Source: a virus
Taxonomy: Duplodnaviria > Heunggongvirae > Uroviricota > Caudoviricetes
Length of the DNA stretch: 27,433 nucleotides
IMG/VR virus record: IMGVR_UViG_3300029042_000255
Strand: one strand, 5' to 3'
Below are positions 24,992 to 27,433 of the stretch, in pieces (within the stretch, counting starts at the first letter, position 1; the number at the start of each line of letters is the position of its first letter). Both the position numbers and the translations under genes were made by a program. The notes beneath the pieces were generated by a model, which worked only from the letters and a program-made list of their open reading frames with translations, was not told the DNA's origin and made no database searches.

Positions 24992-25333
24992 TTATAAATC
25001 AACCTGTTTAATAAAACTTTGTCCGCGAAGCAGACGATCAACCGTGCGAAGTGCTTCGTATAATGTGAAATCCTGCCCGAACTGATTGTCGCCGCTGCTC
25101 AGTGCAAAAATGCGGTTTCCGGTAAGCGGATTGCGTGGGCATTTGTGGACCACGATTCCAGCTTTCTCAATCAGCCAGGCATGCTCGCCGATTTGTTTTA
25201 CTGGGTAGCCATCCGGCGTTGCGTGTGTATCACTCAGGCTGTAGCGAGAGCTGCTGCGTGATGCACTGGTAGCGAAACGGTTAGCATGGCGTTCTGCGCC
25301 ATTGCGAAAGCGTGAATTACGTTGTTGTCTCAT
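24992..25333 (-). CDS. hypothetical basic protein, 113 aa (second gene of the early operon)
   Basis: Start at the internal ATG at 25333 with GAGGA SD; the track ORF extends into cox. Confidence 0.45.
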   Translation of the reverse strand: MRQQRNSRFRNGAERHANRFATSASRSSSRYSLSDTHATPDGYPVKQIGEHAWLIEKAGIVVHKCPRNPLTGNRIFALSSGDNQFGQDFTLYEALRTVDRLLRGQSFIKQVDL

Positions 25334-25344
25334 AAAAATCCTCG

Positions 25345-25632
25345 TCAAAGACCCAGCCAGAGCAACCATGCGTCGCGGCGTTCTTTCGGCTGATCAAAAA
25401 ACGCTTTGCGCATACCTGCGTTAAATGCTGGCAGATATACCCAGTTTTCTGATGCTCGCGTCTTCACTGAACCTGGTTTCACGAAGTCAATCGTTGGTAA
25501 CTTTGCAGCGTCAATCATGGTTCTGACGGTTGATTCTTTGCGACCAATCATCTTGGCAAATAGTTGATATGGCACCGCTTCAAGTGGATATGGTGCTACC
25601 TGAATGAACCCCTCAAGCTCTGATTTGCTCAT
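25345..25632 (-). CDS. cox: Cox-type excisionase / lytic-switch regulator (P2 Cox family)
   Basis: 95 aa. VPYQLFAKMIGRKESTVRTMIDAAKLPTIDF and ENWVYLPAFNAGMRKAF...RDAWLLWLGL closely parallel P2 Cox. AAGGAG SD. First gene of the leftward early operon. Confidence 0.8.
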   Translation of the reverse strand: MSKSELEGFIQVAPYPLEAVPYQLFAKMIGRKESTVRTMIDAAKLPTIDFVKPGSVKTRASENWVYLPAFNAGMRKAFFDQPKERRDAWLLWLGL

Positions 25633-25660
25633 TGTGGTAATCTCCTTAATTCGTCCAAAT

Positions 25661-25700
25661 GGCCCAAAATGGCTTATATAGGCTTATTTTGGCTATTTGA
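25661..25700. promoter_or_regulatory. four tandem 10-bp-phased direct repeats (ggcccaaaat / ggcttatata / ggcttatttt / ggctatttga) in the cox-C intergenic switch region; candidate operator half-sites
   Basis: Read directly; two inner repeats share GGCTTAT, spacing is exactly 10 bp. Lies within the 112-bp gap between the divergent cox and repressor starts. Confidence 0.55.
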
Positions 25701-25744
25701 GTTGTTCTTGCATTTCTCAATTTAGAAAGGAGTATATTTCTCAC

Positions 25745-26332
25745 ATGAGAAACGTGTCAATAGACTATTCGCAAAGACTCATGAGAATGAGGGAGGCGGA
25801 AGAGTTAAGCAGACGTCAATTCTCTGATATTACAGGGATTCCACTTAATACTATTCAGAAATATGAAACAGGTCATCAGCCTGCTAGAGCAGAGTTGGTT
25901 GAGCGAGTTTTACAGGTTGATAGGTTCAAAAAATACGCGCTTTGGCTTATGACGGGGCAAGTGTCTCCAGATAATGGGCAAATTGAACCCACGCCATTGG
26001 CTGGTAGTGGATCTGAAGTGGTATCTGAGCTTGGAGAAAAACTCCGCCTGATTCGAGAGGCAGAGGGATTGTCGCGTAGAGCGATGGAAGAGGTGACAGG
26101 GGTATCTCAAAACAATCTCAAAAATTATGAAATATTGGGAAGAATGATACCTGGAGAAACGCTACTCCTGATTTTGAATCATCCCCGTTTTCGGAAGTAT
26201 TCGGATTGGGTAATGTTTAATCAAACTAATGCTGCGACGGGGCAGATTGCTCCGCCTCTCTCTCTTGATGGCTTCTCCAGTTTGGAGGGCGATCAGAGTT
26301 CAACCGAAACAAAACAAAAATTACCCCGCTGA
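25745..26332 (+). CDS. immunity repressor, P2 C-type, internally duplicated (two HTH units in one polypeptide)
   Basis: About 196 aa from ATG at 25745 (track start 25697 is TTG; SD AAAGGAG is 12 nt upstream, so the start is uncertain). Two homologous halves, each ending in a P2 C-like motif: (i) DRFKKYALWLMTGQVSPDNGQIEPTPLAG, (ii) PRFRKYSDWVMFNQTNAATGQIAPPLSLDG. Located upstream of int and divergent from cox. Confidence 0.7.
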   Translation: MRNVSIDYSQRLMRMREAEELSRRQFSDITGIPLNTIQKYETGHQPARAELVERVLQVDRFKKYALWLMTGQVSPDNGQIEPTPLAGSGSEVVSELGEKLRLIREAEGLSRRAMEEVTGVSQNNLKNYEILGRMIPGETLLLILNHPRFRKYSDWVMFNQTNAATGQIAPPLSLDGFSSLEGDQSSTETKQKLPR

Positions 26333-26428
26333 GGCCAGAAAACTGGTTAGACCTGCTTTTTGTCTGGTCTGATTATTGCTGGAAAGAGGCTGGAGAAATT
26401 GTAGAGCGGTTCATTGGAGGGCTTCGCA

Positions 26429-27433
26429 ATGTCGATTAAGAAGCTCGAAGATGGTCGTTATTTGCTGGACATCAGGCCGAACGGACGCAAGGGAAAGCGC
26501 GTGCGTAAGGTATTTGACAAAAAATCGGTAGCGGTGGCCACTGAACGCTACATCATGGCGAACGCTGAAAAGCGGGAATATATACAGGGCTACCGTGATC
26601 GTCGAACGCTAAATGATTTGCTTGAGTTGTGGTGGATGTATCACGGCCAGCACAGGCGTAAGGCGGAAGAAGACCGAAAACAACTGCGCAACATAATCAA
26701 TGAGCTTGGCGCTGATATGCAGGCTGTGGATCTTGATAAGCTGAAAATTATCGCGTGGCGTTCTCAAAAGATAGCTGATGGATTGAAACCGTCATCTGCT
26801 AACAGATACATGAATCGGTTATCCGGAATGTTTACCGTACTGAAGAAAATAGGCCTCTGGGATGCAGAGCATCCGGTAAGGGGGATTTCTATTCTTTATG
26901 TATCCCCACGAGAGATGGCTTTCCTGTCCCAGAAGGAAGTAGCGCTATTGCTCGATACACTGGAGGGCGACTACTGGCGTGTTGCGCTTTTGTGTTTAAG
27001 CACAGGGGCGCGCTGGAGTGAAGCTTGTAAGCTTCGTGGTGAACAGATAGTTCATAACCGTGTAACGTTTCTTGAAACCAAAAATGGCCGGAAGAGAACG
27101 GTGCCAATTTCGCAGGCGGTTTGTGAGGCGATCAGAACCAGAGAAACAGGGAGCTTGTTTGAGGTGAAGTACCGGGAATTCTGTCTGGCGCTGAAAAGAG
27201 TTAAGCCCGATTTGCCAAAAGGCCAGGCTGCACACGTGCTTCGGCATACGTTCGCCAGCCATTTTGTGATGAACGGAGGAAACATTATTGCGCTTCAGAA
27301 GATTCTTGGCCACGCAACCATTCAGCAAACAATGGCATATGCACATTTTGCACCGGATTACCTGCAGGATGCGGTGGCCCTTAATCCGCTGAAAGGAGGC
27401 GTAAGTGTCCACGCAGTGTCCACGGGGGATTAA
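26429..27433 (+). CDS. int: tyrosine integrase (P2/186 integrase family)
   Basis: 334 aa from ATG with GGAGGG SD. Strong similarity to phage 186/P2 Int throughout (MSIKKLEDGRYLLDIRP...; GARWSEA; HNRVTFLETKN...RTVPIS; HVLRHTFASHFVMNGGNIIALQKILGH; YAHFAPDYLQDA). Stop codon is the last three bases of the window. Confidence 0.9.
   Translation: MSIKKLEDGRYLLDIRPNGRKGKRVRKVFDKKSVAVATERYIMANAEKREYIQGYRDRRTLNDLLELWWMYHGQHRRKAEEDRKQLRNIINELGADMQAVDLDKLKIIAWRSQKIADGLKPSSANRYMNRLSGMFTVLKKIGLWDAEHPVRGISILYVSPREMAFLSQKEVALLLDTLEGDYWRVALLCLSTGARWSEACKLRGEQIVHNRVTFLETKNGRKRTVPISQAVCEAIRTRETGSLFEVKYREFCLALKRVKPDLPKGQAAHVLRHTFASHFVMNGGNIIALQKILGHATIQQTMAYAHFAPDYLQDAVALNPLKGGVSVHAVSTGD

Noticed and set aside
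26333-26360. Small hairpin (CCAG-aaaa-CTGG) with a downstream T-run after the repressor stop as a terminator between repressor and int
   Set aside because: Stem is only 4 bp and the T-run is about 12 nt away; repressor and int are more likely co-transcribed as in P2.
1-27433. CRISPR arrays, rRNA genes, insertion sequences or transposase genes
   Set aside because: No regularly spaced short repeats, no rRNA-like conserved stretches and no transposase-like ORFs were seen; the only mobile-element machinery is the prophage's own integrase.

Overview
This window is almost entirely one P2-family temperate prophage (Enterobacteriaceae-like GC), read here right to left from the integrase. At the right edge sit a tyrosine integrase and a P2-type immunity switch (Cox versus a C-type repressor), separated by four phased 10-bp direct repeats. 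The repressor is an internal tandem duplication of the P2 C fold (two HTH units in one chain). Leftward on the minus strand run a tightly packed early operon of small unknown ORFs (many ATGA start/stop overlaps), then a coupled small-membrane-protein plus SPFH/HflC-like lipoprotein pair, then a ~370-bp structured non-coding region. Next come orf76, orf129, the HUH rolling-circle replication initiator (gpA-like), and an accessory block with a ParM/ParR type II plasmid-partition module, a 95-aa unknown protein and an Rrf2-family regulator. That block ends at a strong terminator shared with a convergent Ogr/Delta zinc-finger late activator. The P2-like head module follows: terminase P and portal Q on the plus strand, and O/N/M/L on the minus strand. 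The tail module is not P2-syntenic: R-like, S-like, putative sheath, putative tube, an embedded holin/endolysin cassette, a chaperone with a -1 frameshift site, the tape measure, three baseplate proteins and the start of the tail fibre. No hub or spike gene is recognisable. A 23-nt N run (9122-9144) interrupts the R-like gene. No rRNA, tRNA or CRISPR array was found. All homology calls are from reading the translations and recalling family signatures; no database search was run.
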